From assembly GCA_965232515.1 (NCBI GenBank), contig CBDDPY010000002.1, positions 3,904,001 through 3,968,000 on the forward strand: a stretch of 64,000 bases of DNA, read 5' to 3'. The notes below the pieces were generated by a model. It searched no databases and was not told the origin of the DNA. It saw only the letters and a program-made list of their open reading frames with translations. The position numbers and the translations under genes are program-made. This stretch comes from Alphaproteobacteria bacterium. GTDB lineage: Bacteria > Pseudomonadota > Alphaproteobacteria > GCA-2731375. This document shows, piece by piece, positions 44,215 through 54,241 of this stretch. How positions within the stretch are numbered: position 1 is the first letter of the stretch; each line of letters begins with the position of its first letter.

Positions 44215-45597
44215 CTACAGACGCACCACCTCGCGCCGGGAGACGATGCGGAATCGAATGCACAGAAGGATCGCCGACAGCGTCACGCCGCAGAAGGCGC
44301 CGGCCATCAGGCCCGGCGTGCCCAGGCCCAGCGGGAACGCGAACAGCGCCGCCGCGGGCACCATGACCAGGAAGAACGAACAAAGCTGGATGCTGGTCGG
44401 CACCCAGACGTCGGCGGCGCCGCGCAGCGCGCCCATCATCACCGCCTGCACGCCGTCGGTCAGCATGGTGAAGCCGGCCACGAACAGCACCGGCACCGTC
44501 AGCGCGATCACAGCCGCGTCGTCGGTGAAGATCGAGATGATGGTCACCGGCATCAGGAACACGACAATCGCCTGGCTCCACATCGCCAGCAGCACCGCGG
44601 TGGCGCCGCTCCAGCCGGCCGCCGCCATGCCCGGACGGTCGCGGGCGCCGATGGCGTTGCCGACCCGCACGGCCGTCGCCGTGCCGATGCCGATCGCCGG
44701 CATGAAGGCGAAGGCGATGACGTTGAAGGCGATCTGGTAGCCCGCCACGGCGAGCGCGCCGAACTGCCCGGCCAGCATGACCAGCGTACCGAAGGCCGCC
44801 GATTCCAGGCCCTGCGCCAACCCCATGGGATAGCCGAGCCGTCGCAGCTTGCGCCCGATCGCCCGGCCGTCGGTCAACGGGCCAAGGATGTTGTAACCCG
44901 CCGCCGCCGGCAGTCGCAGGATGTAGACCACGAGGACCAGGGCCGCGAGCCAACGCATGCTGGCTGTCGCCAGCGCCGCGCCCTCGGCGCCCATGGCCGG
45001 CCAGCCGGCCTGCCCCTCGATCAGCAACCAGTTCAGGCCGACATTGCCCAGGTTCGCAATCGCCATGGCGATCAGGCCGGCGCGCGGCCGGTCCAGCGCC
45101 TCCAGGAACAGCGTGCTGCAGACATAGATCAGGCCGGCCGGCAGGCCGAACCCCATCCAGGCGATAACGCCGCCGGCACCGTGCGCCAGGCCGGCTTCCT
45201 GGCCGGTCGTCAGGAAAAACCACTCGCCGAGCAGCGTCAGCAATCCCAGGCCGACGCCGAGCAGTAGGGCATGCATCACCGCGACGCGCCAGATCGGGCC
45301 GCATTCATGCCGGGCATCGGCCCCGATGGCCTGCGCCGTCAGGACGGCCGTACCGACCATCATGCCGAGGCCGATCAGGAACAGCACCATCTGCACCGCA
45401 TTCGCCAGCGCGAAATAGGCGAGCTCGGTGCTGTCGGCGCGGCCGACCATGGCCACGTCGACCACCAAAATCAGGATCATGCCGACCCGCGACAAGCTGA
45501 CGGGTGCCGCCAGCCGCACGATCGAGATAAACTGCGCGCGGAATCGGCTGCTTTCGGACGTCGCCGATGCCGTCTGAACTGAAGGGTCGCCGGACAT
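44215..45597 (-). CDS. MATE family efflux transporter (NorM-like)
   Basis: About 12 TM helices, VDVAMVGR, RVGNAIGA, DGVQ....GALRG. Confidence 0.9.
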   Translation of the reverse strand: MSGDPSVQTASATSESSRFRAQFISIVRLAAPVSLSRVGMILILVVDVAMVGRADSTELAYFALANAVQMVLFLIGLGMMVGTAVLTAQAIGADARHECGPIWRVAVMHALLLGVGLGLLTLLGEWFFLTTGQEAGLAHGAGGVIAWMGFGLPAGLIYVCSTLFLEALDRPRAGLIAMAIANLGNVGLNWLLIEGQAGWPAMGAEGAALATASMRWLAALVLVVYILRLPAAAGYNILGPLTDGRAIGRKLRRLGYPMGLAQGLESAAFGTLVMLAGQFGALAVAGYQIAFNVIAFAFMPAIGIGTATAVRVGNAIGARDRPGMAAAGWSGATAVLLAMWSQAIVVFLMPVTIISIFTDDAAVIALTVPVLFVAGFTMLTDGVQAVMMGALRGAADVWVPTSIQLCSFFLVMVPAAALFAFPLGLGTPGLMAGAFCGVTLSAILLCIRFRIVSRREVVRL

Positions 45598-45663
45598 GGG
45601 GCGCGGAGACTACACCCGGGGTCGCATAGCGGGAAGGCCGATTCGCCGCCCGATTTCAGAGCC

Positions 45664-46395
45664 GTGACGAACGAACCCACCCCCGCCGAAACCGCACGCC
45701 GGCTCTTGCGCACGCAGGACACGGCGACGCTGGCGACCGCCCATCAAGACGGCGGCTGGCCCTTCGCCTCGCTGGTCCTGGTCGCGGCCGACCACGACGC
45801 GACGCCGCTGCTGCTGATCTCGGCGCTCGCCGAGCACACCCAAAATCTCGCCGCCGAGCCCCGGGTTTCGCTGCTGTTCGACGGCACCCCCGGTCTTGAA
45901 AGCCGCCTGACCGGCCCGCGCGTGACGGTGCTCGGCCGGGCCGAGATCTCCGAATCACCGCACCACCGGCAACGGTTCCTCTCCCGCCACCCGGACGCTG
46001 CCGTTTACGCCGACTTCGGCGACTTCGCCGTCTACCGAATCGTCGTCGAGCGCGCCCACCTGGTTGCCGGTTTCGGCAAGATCGACTGGATCTCGGTCAA
46101 TGACCTGCTCTCTCCGCTGCCGGAAGGTTTTCCTCTAAAGGAGCAGGAATCGGGCGTCGTTGCCCATATGAACGAGGACCACGCCGACGCCATTCAGCTC
46201 TATGCCACCCGGCTGCTCGGCGCCGACGGCGAGGGCTGGCGAATGACCGGTTGCGACCCCGAGGGCTGCGATCTCAGGCGAGGCGGCGAGGTGCTCCGGC
46301 TCGACTTCGACAAACCGGTGCGCGACGCCGAAAGCGCCCGCGTCGAGCTGGTGCGCCTGGTCAAGCGCGCCCGTGGCGTGACGCATGAAAATTAG
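45664..46395 (+). CDS. HugZ-like pyridoxamine-phosphate-oxidase-fold protein with DUF2470 domain
   Basis: PFASLV, ISALAEHTQNL, DFGDF, HMNEDH. Confidence 0.82.
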   Translation: MTNEPTPAETARRLLRTQDTATLATAHQDGGWPFASLVLVAADHDATPLLLISALAEHTQNLAAEPRVSLLFDGTPGLESRLTGPRVTVLGRAEISESPHHRQRFLSRHPDAAVYADFGDFAVYRIVVERAHLVAGFGKIDWISVNDLLSPLPEGFPLKEQESGVVAHMNEDHADAIQLYATRLLGADGEGWRMTGCDPEGCDLRRGGEVLRLDFDKPVRDAESARVELVRLVKRARGVTHEN

Positions 46396-46545
46396 TTGGT
46401 GACTTCGCTGTGGTAACCCTATCTGGATATTGCACAGCTAATATGCCACCGGTATATCGGTTGATAACCATTCGCAGTGACAAGAGTCACTGGCGGCAGC
46501 CTTGGTGAGCGCCTAAGAATAAAGCCCGTTTGTGGAGGACTTCAG

Positions 46546-48153
46546 TTGCAGAACACCGGCCCCAACGTCAGCCGCCATGGCCTCGATCACCACGGTATCC
46601 TTAACACCCCCACTGCTTACTGGAACCTGACCGCGCCGAGCTTGATTGAGCACGCGGTCGGCAACGGCGAAGGCGCGCTGGCCCAGGGCGGCGCGCTGGT
46701 CTGCAACACGGGCACGCATACCGGCCGCTCGGCGAATGACAAGTTCATCGTCCGCGAGCCCGGCAGCGAGGCCGATATCGACTGGGGCAACGTCAACCGG
46801 CCGATGGCGCCGGAACAGTTCGACGCCATCCTGGCGCGCCAGCTCGCCTACTATCAGGGCCGTGACCTCTATGTGCAGGACTGCTGGGCCGGCGCCGCCA
46901 AGGCGCACCGGCTGGCCGTGCGCGTGGTCACGCTGACCGCCTGGCACAGCGCCTTTGCCCGCAACATGTTCATCCGGCCGACCGTCGACGAGCTGGCCGA
47001 GTTCGAACCCGAATTCACCATCCTGCACGCGCCCGAGCTGGAAATGCCGCCGGGCACGCCGGGCCTCAATTCCGGCACCTACATCCTGGTCAATTTCGAG
47101 AAACGCCTGGTCCTGATCGGCGGCACCAGCTATGCCGGCGAAATCAAGAAATCGGTCTTCTCGGTCCTGAACTTCCTGCTGCCGGCCAAGAACATCCTGC
47201 CGATGCACTGCTCGGTGAATGTCGGCGCCGCCGGCGATTCGGCGATCTTCTTCGGCCTCTCCGGCACCGGCAAGACCACGCTCTCGGCCGATCCCAATCG
47301 CCTCTTGGTCGGCGACGACGAGCACGGCTGGAGCGAGGACGGCGTCTTCAATTTCGAGGGCGGCTGCTACGCCAAGGTGATCCGGCTCTCGGCCGAGGCC
47401 GAGCCCGAGATCTACGCCACCACCCGGCGCTTCGGCACCATCCTCGAGAACGTCGTGATGGACCCGGACACACGGATCCTCGATCTCGACGACCCGCGCC
47501 ACACCGAGAACACCCGCGGCTCCTACCCGCTGGAGTTCATTCCCAACGCCTCGCGCGCCGGCGTCGCGGGTCATCCGAAAAACATCGTCATGCTGACAGC
47601 GGATGCCTTCGGCGTGCTGCCGCCGCTGTCGAAACTGACGCCCGAGCAGGCGATGTATCATTTCCTCTCGGGCTACACCGCCAAGGTCGCCGGCACAGAA
47701 AAGGGCGTCGGCAGCGAGCCGCAGGCGACCTTCTCCACCTGTTTCGGCGCCCCCTTCATGTCCCGCCACCCCTCCGTCTACGGCAACATGCTGCGCGAGA
47801 AGATCGCCAGCCACGATGTGAATTGCTGGCTGGTCAACACCGGCTGGACTGGCGGCGCCTACGGCATCGGCTATCGCATGCCGATCCAGCACACCCGCGC
47901 CCTGCTGACGGCGGCGCTGGAAAATCGCCTCGACACGGTGCCGCTCAAGAAGGACGACAATTTCGGCCTGCTGGTGCCCGAGGCGTGCCCGGAAGTGCCG
48001 GCCGACGTGCTCAGCCCGCGCAACACCTGGGCCGACAAGGCCGGCTATGACGCCACGGCCCGCGACCTCGTCGGCCGCTTCCAGAACAACTTCGAGAAAT
48101 ACGTCGAATACGTCGACGACAACGTCAAAGCCGCCGCCCCGCAAGCGGCATGA
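46546..48153 (+). CDS. pckA: Phosphoenolpyruvate carboxykinase (ATP)
   Basis: [33 protein letters not shown]; TTG 46546 with GGAGG RBS. Confidence 0.97.
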   Translation: MQNTGPNVSRHGLDHHGILNTPTAYWNLTAPSLIEHAVGNGEGALAQGGALVCNTGTHTGRSANDKFIVREPGSEADIDWGNVNRPMAPEQFDAILARQLAYYQGRDLYVQDCWAGAAKAHRLAVRVVTLTAWHSAFARNMFIRPTVDELAEFEPEFTILHAPELEMPPGTPGLNSGTYILVNFEKRLVLIGGTSYAGEIKKSVFSVLNFLLPAKNILPMHCSVNVGAAGDSAIFFGLSGTGKTTLSADPNRLLVGDDEHGWSEDGVFNFEGGCYAKVIRLSAEAEPEIYATTRRFGTILENVVMDPDTRILDLDDPRHTENTRGSYPLEFIPNASRAGVAGHPKNIVMLTADAFGVLPPLSKLTPEQAMYHFLSGYTAKVAGTEKGVGSEPQATFSTCFGAPFMSRHPSVYGNMLREKIASHDVNCWLVNTGWTGGAYGIGYRMPIQHTRALLTAALENRLDTVPLKKDDNFGLLVPEACPEVPADVLSPRNTWADKAGYDATARDLVGRFQNNFEKYVEYVDDNVKAAAPQAA

Positions 48154-48174
48154 CATAAGCGCGCTTCATGGCTG

Positions 48175-48281
48175 CGCATGCTTCGAGACGGCCCCTCCGG
48201 GGCCTCCTCAGCATGAGGGGAATTATTGATATCGAACTCAAACCTCATCCTGAGGAGCGGCGAAGCCGCGTCACGAAGGAT
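48175..48281. repeat. REP-like palindromic doublet, family A (second copy)
   Basis: cgcatgcttcgagacg...ctcctcagcatgagg / cctcatcctgaggag...cacgaag; inverted relative to the 24127 copy. Confidence 0.8.
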
Positions 48282-48331
48282 CCGATATCGAGCGACGACC
48301 GAGGTAGGTTGATAGCCAGCTGCTACGGCCA

Positions 48332-48985
48332 CTAACTCAACCCCTCGCCATCCATCATGAAGCCCATATGCGCGCGGGCCTGGTTCAGGCCGCCTTCGCC
48401 GCCATGCCAGGTGGCCTGGCCGTCGCCGTTGGCGTCATAGCCCTGGATGATGTGTTTGCAGAGGGCATAGATCTCGGCCACGCCCGCCCGCGCCTCGCCG
48501 GCCGTCTTCGCCGCCGCGACCATCTTGGCGATCACCACGATCTCCTGCGCCCGCACCACGACGTTGTTCGCCGACGCACCGACATGCTCGGCGTGCAGCC
48601 GCACGTTGTCGCTGGCGTCGTCGCTCTTGGCCGCGAAGCCGATATGCTGCGACACGCCGGTCGCGGCCTTGATCAGGCCATAACCCTTGCCGGGCCCGCT
48701 CGGCTCGACCGACGGATCGACGGCGTGCAGCACATGCGCAACATGCGTCTGCATCCAAGCGAGATCGTCGGTCTTCTCGGCCGCCAGCCTCGCGTGTTCC
48801 ATGGCGATCGCGGCCTCGGCTTCCGCCGTCGGCAGCAAGCCGGCGCCGCCCGGCGTGTCGCTCCAGCCGGTCATCACGTGCCCCATATGGGCATGCGACA
48901 TCTTGTCGGCGGCCGCGGCGACACTGGCCGCGACGAGCAGGCCGGCCGCCATCAGTCCGGCGAACAGGCGTTTCGTGCTGTGCAT
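48332..48985 (-). CDS. Secreted His/Met-rich hypothetical protein
   Basis: Sec-type signal ending AAAA-D; HAHMGH, HVAHVLH; ATG 48985 with GGGAG RBS. Confidence 0.75.
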   Translation of the reverse strand: MHSTKRLFAGLMAAGLLVAASVAAAADKMSHAHMGHVMTGWSDTPGGAGLLPTAEAEAAIAMEHARLAAEKTDDLAWMQTHVAHVLHAVDPSVEPSGPGKGYGLIKAATGVSQHIGFAAKSDDASDNVRLHAEHVGASANNVVVRAQEIVVIAKMVAAAKTAGEARAGVAEIYALCKHIIQGYDANGDGQATWHGGEGGLNQARAHMGFMMDGEGLS

Positions 48986-49086
48986 GTGAAATTCGCTCCC
49001 TATCGGATGCGGCCGTGGCCGATCATCGCTTTCGGTCCATCTACGCGGTCCGGGCCGGAACCTTCCCGGCAGGGCCGCGCCGCCCG

Positions 49087-49605
49087 TCATATCGACCGGC
49101 TCAGCGTCGCAACGGTTTGCCATGGGTCCTCGTCCCAGTAGCGCGCGGCGGCACCGGAGGTCGATGGCAGCACAAATAGAACGGTGCCGTCTGGCGTCAA
49201 ATCAAGGCGGCCGTATCCGATATCGCCACCAACGAACGCCTTCGCCGCTCGCTTCCCGTTAAACGCCAGGATCGCCGGCCGGAAGCGCGCGATTTTCGCC
49301 GCCAGCGCCGCCGGATCGTCATGCGACCGGCGAATGCCCGCATCGGCCCCGGCATAGTGCTTCGCCATGTCGGTGAGCCCGATACCGAATTCCGGCAACA
49401 ATGGGAACTCCGCCGGCGCGAGCCGCCGCGGCGTCAGGCCGGTCCGGTGCAGCACGTCCCAGAACTTGTTCCCGGGACCGGCATAATAGGCGCCCGCCCG
49501 CGCCGAGACCGCGCCCGCCGCGCTGCCGCAGAACACGATTTTGAGGCCGGACCGCAGCACGTCCGGCAGTTTCGGTTCGGATTCTTTTGCTGGCTTATTG
49601 GTCAT
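49087..49605 (-). CDS. mug: Mismatch-specific uracil-DNA glycosylase (MUG/TDG family)
   Basis: VFCGSAAG, YYAGPGNKFW, GIGLTD, VLPSTSG. Confidence 0.85.
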   Translation of the reverse strand: MTNKPAKESEPKLPDVLRSGLKIVFCGSAAGAVSARAGAYYAGPGNKFWDVLHRTGLTPRRLAPAEFPLLPEFGIGLTDMAKHYAGADAGIRRSHDDPAALAAKIARFRPAILAFNGKRAAKAFVGGDIGYGRLDLTPDGTVLFVLPSTSGAAARYWDEDPWQTVATLSRSI

Positions 49606-49668
49606 ACCGGCGAAGGCCGGTATCCATGTCTGAAGTCGCTAGTGGATCCTGGCCTGTGCCAGGATGAC
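49601..49668. repeat. REP-like palindromic doublet, family B (GTCAT...ATGAC)
   Basis: gtcataccggcgaaggccggtatcca / tggatcctggcctgtgccaggatgac. Confidence 0.8.
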
Positions 49669-49699
49669 CTCCGAGGCCCTCGAGCGTCCCAACGCGGCG

Positions 49700-52525
49700 T
49701 CAATGCGCCTCGTCCCAGTTCTCGCCAAAACCGGTGTCGACGATCAGCGGCACGTCGAGATGCGCGGCACCCGCCATGACCTTGCTCACCACTGCGGCCG
49801 TCTCGTCGATCTCGGCCTCGGGCACGTCGAAAACCAGCTCGTCGTGCACCTGCAACAGCATCTTCGCGTTCAGCTTCGCGGCCTGCAGCGCCGGCGGGAT
49901 GCGCACCATAGCCCGGCGGATGATGTCGGCGGCCGAGCCCTGGATCGGCGCGTTGATCGCCGCCCGTTCCTGGAAGTTGCGCCGGGCCGGGTTCTTGTCC
50001 TTGATGCCCGGCATGTGCATGCGCCGGCCGAAGATCGAGGTGACGAAGCCCAGTTCGCGGCACTGCGCCTTGGTCCGGTCCATGTAGTCGCGGATGCCGG
50101 GATAGCGCTCGAAATAGGCGTTGATATAGTCCTGCGCCTCTTTCTGCGGGATGCCCAGATTGCGGGCAAGGCCGAAAGCGCTCATGCCATAGATGATGCC
50201 GAAATTGATCGCCTTGGCCGAACGCCGCACCGTCGGGTCCATGCCCTCGATCGGCGTGTCGAAGACCTGCGACGCGGTCATGGCGTGGATGTCGACCCCG
50301 TCGTGGAAGGCCTGCTTCAGGGCGTCGATGTCGGCGATATGCGCCAGCACCCGCAGCTCGATCTGCGAATAGTCGGCGCTCATCAGCTTGTGGCCCTCGG
50401 CCGGCACGAAGGCGCGGCGGATCTTGCGGCCTTCCTCGGTGCGCACCGGAATGTTCTGCAGGTTCGGATCCGACGACGACAGCCGGCCGGTCGACGTCGC
50501 GGCCATGGCGTAGGACGTATGCACACGTCCCGTCTCGGGGTTGATTTCTTTCTGCAGCGAGTCGGTATAGGTGCTCTTCAGCTTGGCGAGCTGGCGCCAG
50601 TCCAGCACGCGCGCCGGCAGATCGTGGCCCTGCGCCGCCAGTCCTTCCAGCACATCGGCGCCGGTGCCGTAGGCGCCTGTTTTGGTTTTCTTGCCGCCGG
50701 GCAGCGACATCTTGTCGAACAGGATCTCACCGAGCTGTTTCGGCGAGCCAATGTTGAATTCCTCGTCCGCGAGGTTGTGGATTTCTTTTTCGAGATCGAC
50801 CAGACGGCCGGCGAAATCGTCCGACAGGCCTTTCAGCTCGGCCGGATCGAGCCGGATACCGTTGCGCTCCATCATCACCAGCACCGGCACCAGCGGCCGT
50901 TCCAGCGTCTCGTAGACCGTGGTCACCCGCTCGGCCAACAGCCGCGGTTTGAGGATCTGGTAGAGCTGCAGCGTGATGTCGGCGTCCTCGGCCGCGTAGT
51001 CCGTCGCCTTGTCCAACGGCACGTAGTCGAAGGTGATGGCGTTCTTGCCCCTGCCGGCGACGTCCTTGTAGCTGATCGGCGCGACGCCGAGATACAGTTG
51101 CGACAGCTCGTCCATGCCGTGGCCGTGCAGCCCGCCCTCGGTCACGTACGACAACAGCATGGTGTCGTCGATCGGCGCCACGTCGATGTCGTAACGGCTC
51201 AACAGCAGCATGTCGTATTTCAGGTTCTGACCGACCTTCAGGACCGCCCGGTCCTCCAGCAACGGCTTCAGCCGCGCCAGCGCCTCGTCGAGCGGGATCT
51301 GCGGCGGCGCCTCGCCGTCGCCCTCGTCGCTGTCGCCGTCGAGATCGAGGCTGCCCTGGTCGGCCGCGCCTTTATGGCCGAGCGGGATATAGCATGCCCG
51401 GTTCGGCGTCACCGACAGCGACACGCCCACCAGCTCCGCCCGCATGGCGTTCAGCGACGTGGTCTCGGTGTCGACCGCGACCAGGCCCGCCGCCGTCGCC
51501 TCGGCGACCCAGCGCTCCAGCGCCTCCAGCGACTGCACGCATTCGTATTGCCGCTCGCCCGGCGCCACGTCGGCGGGCGCCGCGGGCGCCGGCGCGGCCT
51601 CGCCCTCCAAGCCCCATTTCGACTTGATGCGCGAGGTCAGCGTGCGGAATTCCATCTGTTCCAGGAACGCGACCAGCTTCTCCGGCTCCGGCGGCCGCAG
51701 CTCCAGGTCAGAGAGCGTCTCCTCCACCGGCACGTCGGGCTTCAGCGTCACCAGCTCTCGGCTGACGCGTGCCAGATCGGCGTTCTCGATCAGGTTCTGC
51801 CGCCGCTTCGGCTGCTTGATCTCCTCGGCGCGGTCCAGCAGCGTGTCGAGATCACCGTATTCATTGATCAGCTGCGCCGCCGTCTTCACGCCGATGCCGG
51901 GCACGCCCGGCACGTTGTCGACGGAATCGCCGCAGAGCGCCTGCACCTCGATCACCTTGTCGGGCGCGACGCCGAACTTCTCCATCACCTCGTCGGGGCC
52001 GATCTGCTTGCCCTTCATCGGGTCCATCATCTCGACGCCGTTGCCGACCAGCTGCATCAGATCCTTGTCGGACGAGACAATGGTGACCTTCAGGCCGGCT
52101 TCCTTCGCCTGCTCGGCATAGGTGGCGATGATGTCGTCGGCCTCGTAGCCGTCCATCTCGATGGTCGGCATGTTGAAGGCGCGGCTCGCCTCGCGGATCA
52201 GCGAGAATTGCGGCACCAGGTCTTCCGGCGGCTCCGGCCGGTTCGCCTTGTACTCGGGATAGATGTCGTTGCGGAAGGTGACCGAGCTGGCGTCGAAAAT
52301 GACCGCGAAATGGTCGACCTCGTCGTCGCTGAGCGCCTGCTCCAACAGCTTGTGCAGCATGTTGCAGAAGCCCGAGACCGCGCCCACCGGCATGCCGTCG
52401 CTTTTCCGCGTCAGCGGCGGCAGGGCGTGATAGGCCCGGAAGATATAGCCCGAACCGTCGACCAGATAGAGATGCCGCGGCGCCGCCTTCGCGTCGCGCT
52501 GCGCGGCCGCTTCTTGTGTGCTCAT
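49700..52525 (-). CDS. polA: DNA polymerase I
   Basis: LVDGS 5' nuclease, DTETT 3'-5' exonuclease, ADYSQIELR, KAINFGIIYG, QVHDEL. Confidence 0.98.
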   Translation of the reverse strand: MSTQEAAAQRDAKAAPRHLYLVDGSGYIFRAYHALPPLTRKSDGMPVGAVSGFCNMLHKLLEQALSDDEVDHFAVIFDASSVTFRNDIYPEYKANRPEPPEDLVPQFSLIREASRAFNMPTIEMDGYEADDIIATYAEQAKEAGLKVTIVSSDKDLMQLVGNGVEMMDPMKGKQIGPDEVMEKFGVAPDKVIEVQALCGDSVDNVPGVPGIGVKTAAQLINEYGDLDTLLDRAEEIKQPKRRQNLIENADLARVSRELVTLKPDVPVEETLSDLELRPPEPEKLVAFLEQMEFRTLTSRIKSKWGLEGEAAPAPAAPADVAPGERQYECVQSLEALERWVAEATAAGLVAVDTETTSLNAMRAELVGVSLSVTPNRACYIPLGHKGAADQGSLDLDGDSDEGDGEAPPQIPLDEALARLKPLLEDRAVLKVGQNLKYDMLLLSRYDIDVAPIDDTMLLSYVTEGGLHGHGMDELSQLYLGVAPISYKDVAGRGKNAITFDYVPLDKATDYAAEDADITLQLYQILKPRLLAERVTTVYETLERPLVPVLVMMERNGIRLDPAELKGLSDDFAGRLVDLEKEIHNLADEEFNIGSPKQLGEILFDKMSLPGGKKTKTGAYGTGADVLEGLAAQGHDLPARVLDWRQLAKLKSTYTDSLQKEINPETGRVHTSYAMAATSTGRLSSSDPNLQNIPVRTEEGRKIRRAFVPAEGHKLMSADYSQIELRVLAHIADIDALKQAFHDGVDIHAMTASQVFDTPIEGMDPTVRRSAKAINFGIIYGMSAFGLARNLGIPQKEAQDYINAYFERYPGIRDYMDRTKAQCRELGFVTSIFGRRMHMPGIKDKNPARRNFQERAAINAPIQGSAADIIRRAMVRIPPALQAAKLNAKMLLQVHDELVFDVPEAEIDETAAVVSKVMAGAAHLDVPLIVDTGFGENWDEAH

Positions 52526-52646
52526 GCCGCCCACTATGCCACGCTCGCGCTGCCGGCAAAACGCCGGAGCGACCACAAGGGTCCCGATGCTGCCATTCCG
52601 CCGACAGCAGCCGGCAAACTCAGACCACGAACCTGAACACCCGCTT

Positions 52647-52686
52647 GTCATGCTGGCGAAGACCAGCATCCATGGGTATCAATGAC
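52647..52686. repeat. Degenerate family B REP (one intact arm)
   Basis: gtcatgctggcgaagaccagcatcca...atgac. Confidence 0.6.
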
Positions 52687-52695
52687 GATAGTTCC

Positions 52696-52785
52696 ACCAC
52701 AGCGAGCACAGAGGACACAGAGAAGGTCTAAGGGGCGCGAAGCGCCCAAACAAACCAACTCTGTGTCCTCTGTGCGCTCTGTGGT
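52696..52785. repeat. 27-bp inverted repeat element, family C (CACAGAG-based)
   Basis: accacagcgagcacagaggacacagag / ctctgtgtcctctgtgcgctctgtggt, 25 of 27 paired; inner gggcgcgaagcgccc hairpin. Confidence 0.85.
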
Positions 52786-52814
52786 AATTCGTTTTTTGTT
52801 ACGCGGCTCGACCG

Positions 52815-52991
52815 TCAGTGGCCGGCGGCGACCTTGGCGGTCGACCTCAAGACATAGCGGCGGCCGCAATAGGGGCAGTCGATCTCCGTCTTCTCGCCCA
52901 TGTTCAGATAGACGGCCGGATGGCCCAGCGCGCCGCCGCCGTCGCAGCGGACGACCGGTTCGTCGACGTCGATAATCTCGGGCGGTTCCAT
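52815..52991 (-). CDS. zf-CHCC zinc-finger protein (NDUFS6-like)
   Basis: CDGGGALGHPAVY...CPYCG. Confidence 0.88.
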   Translation of the reverse strand: MEPPEIIDVDEPVVRCDGGGALGHPAVYLNMGEKTEIDCPYCGRRYVLRSTAKVAAGH

Positions 52992-53094
52992 ATTTGCGGT
53001 ACCTGGTTTTTGTTCCGTTGAGCGTGCGTTGACCCCGAACTGCGCCGGATGATACCCATTGCCGCCACGCAATCAACCGGACAGATTTCACCGC

Positions 53095-54072
53095 ATGTCT
53101 CAGGCGACCGAGGCCGCGTCCGGCCACGCCACCCTGCCCGATCTCGCCATCGATGCGCGCGGCCTGCGCAAGGTCTACGGCGCCGGCGATAAGGCGCGCG
53201 AGGCGCTGCGCGGCATCGACCTCGCGATCCCGCGCGGCGCCGTGTTCGGCCTGCTCGGGCCCAACGGCGCCGGCAAGTCGACCTTCATCAACATCCTGGC
53301 CGGCCTGGTGGTCAAGACCGCCGGCCGCGTGCGCGTCTGGGACCACGACATCGACACCGATACCCGCATGGCCCGCGGCGCCATCGGCGTGGTGCCGCAG
53401 GAACTGAACCTCGACGCCTTCTTCAGCCCGCGCGAGCTCTTGGAATTCCAGGCCGGTCTCTACGGCGTGCCCAAATCCGAGCGCCGCACCGACGAGATCC
53501 TGGCCATGGTGGCGCTGACCGACAAGGCCGACGCCTATTCCCGCAGCCTGTCGGGCGGCATGAAGCGCCGTCTCCTGGTTGCCAAGGCGATGGTGCACGA
53601 TCCGCCGATCCTGGTGCTGGACGAGCCCACCGCCGGCGTCGATGTCGAGTTGCGCCAGCAGCTCTGGGATCACATCCGCCGCCTCAACGACGACGGCGTC
53701 ACCGTGCTGCTGACGACGCATTATCTCGAAGAGGCGCAGCAGCTCTGCGACCGCATCGCCATCATCCACCATGGACAGGTGGTGGCGTGCGACGAGACCG
53801 CGGGCCTCGTCGCCCGCCTCGACCGCAAGGAGCTGACCATCACGCTCGCCGAGGACGTCACGGCCGTGCCGCCGACGCTCGCCCGCTTCGAGGCCGACCT
53901 GCACCCGCCGCGTCGCCTGGTCGTGCGCTACCGCCCCAGCCGCACCCAGATCCGCGACGTGCTCGCCGCCGTCCAAGCCGCCGGCCTCGTCATCGCCGAC
54001 CTCACCACCGAGGAAGCCGACCTCGAAGACATCTTCATCGCCCTCACGCAAGCCGACGACGCGAACGACTGA
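53095..54072 (+). CDS. ABC-2 type exporter ATPase (YadG-like)
   Basis: GPNGAGKST, LSGGMKRR, LDEPTAGVD, TTHYLEEA. Confidence 0.92.
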   Translation: MSQATEAASGHATLPDLAIDARGLRKVYGAGDKAREALRGIDLAIPRGAVFGLLGPNGAGKSTFINILAGLVVKTAGRVRVWDHDIDTDTRMARGAIGVVPQELNLDAFFSPRELLEFQAGLYGVPKSERRTDEILAMVALTDKADAYSRSLSGGMKRRLLVAKAMVHDPPILVLDEPTAGVDVELRQQLWDHIRRLNDDGVTVLLTTHYLEEAQQLCDRIAIIHHGQVVACDETAGLVARLDRKELTITLAEDVTAVPPTLARFEADLHPPRRLVVRYRPSRTQIRDVLAAVQAAGLVIADLTTEEADLEDIFIALTQADDAND

Positions 54073-54138
54073 GAGCCACGCCTGAACCGGTTCCAGCGAG
54101 AACGCCGGCCGATAGCATGAGAAAGCCGCCACCACATC

Positions 54139-54222
54139 GTCTTTGCCGGACTTGGTCCGGCAATCCAGGAAGCACTTGCCGCAGGCATCATGCTGGATCA
54201 CCGGGTCAAGCCCGGTGATGAC
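54139..54222. repeat. REP-like palindromic doublet, family B variant
   Basis: gtctttgccggacttggtccggcaatcca / tggatcaccgggtcaagcccggtgatgac. Confidence 0.78.
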
Positions 54223-54241
54223 AATCTAAGGCCGTCGCGGC

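Noticed and set aside
52696-52785. CACAGAG repeats as a CRISPR array
   Set aside because: Inverted rather than direct repeats, no spacers, no cas genes
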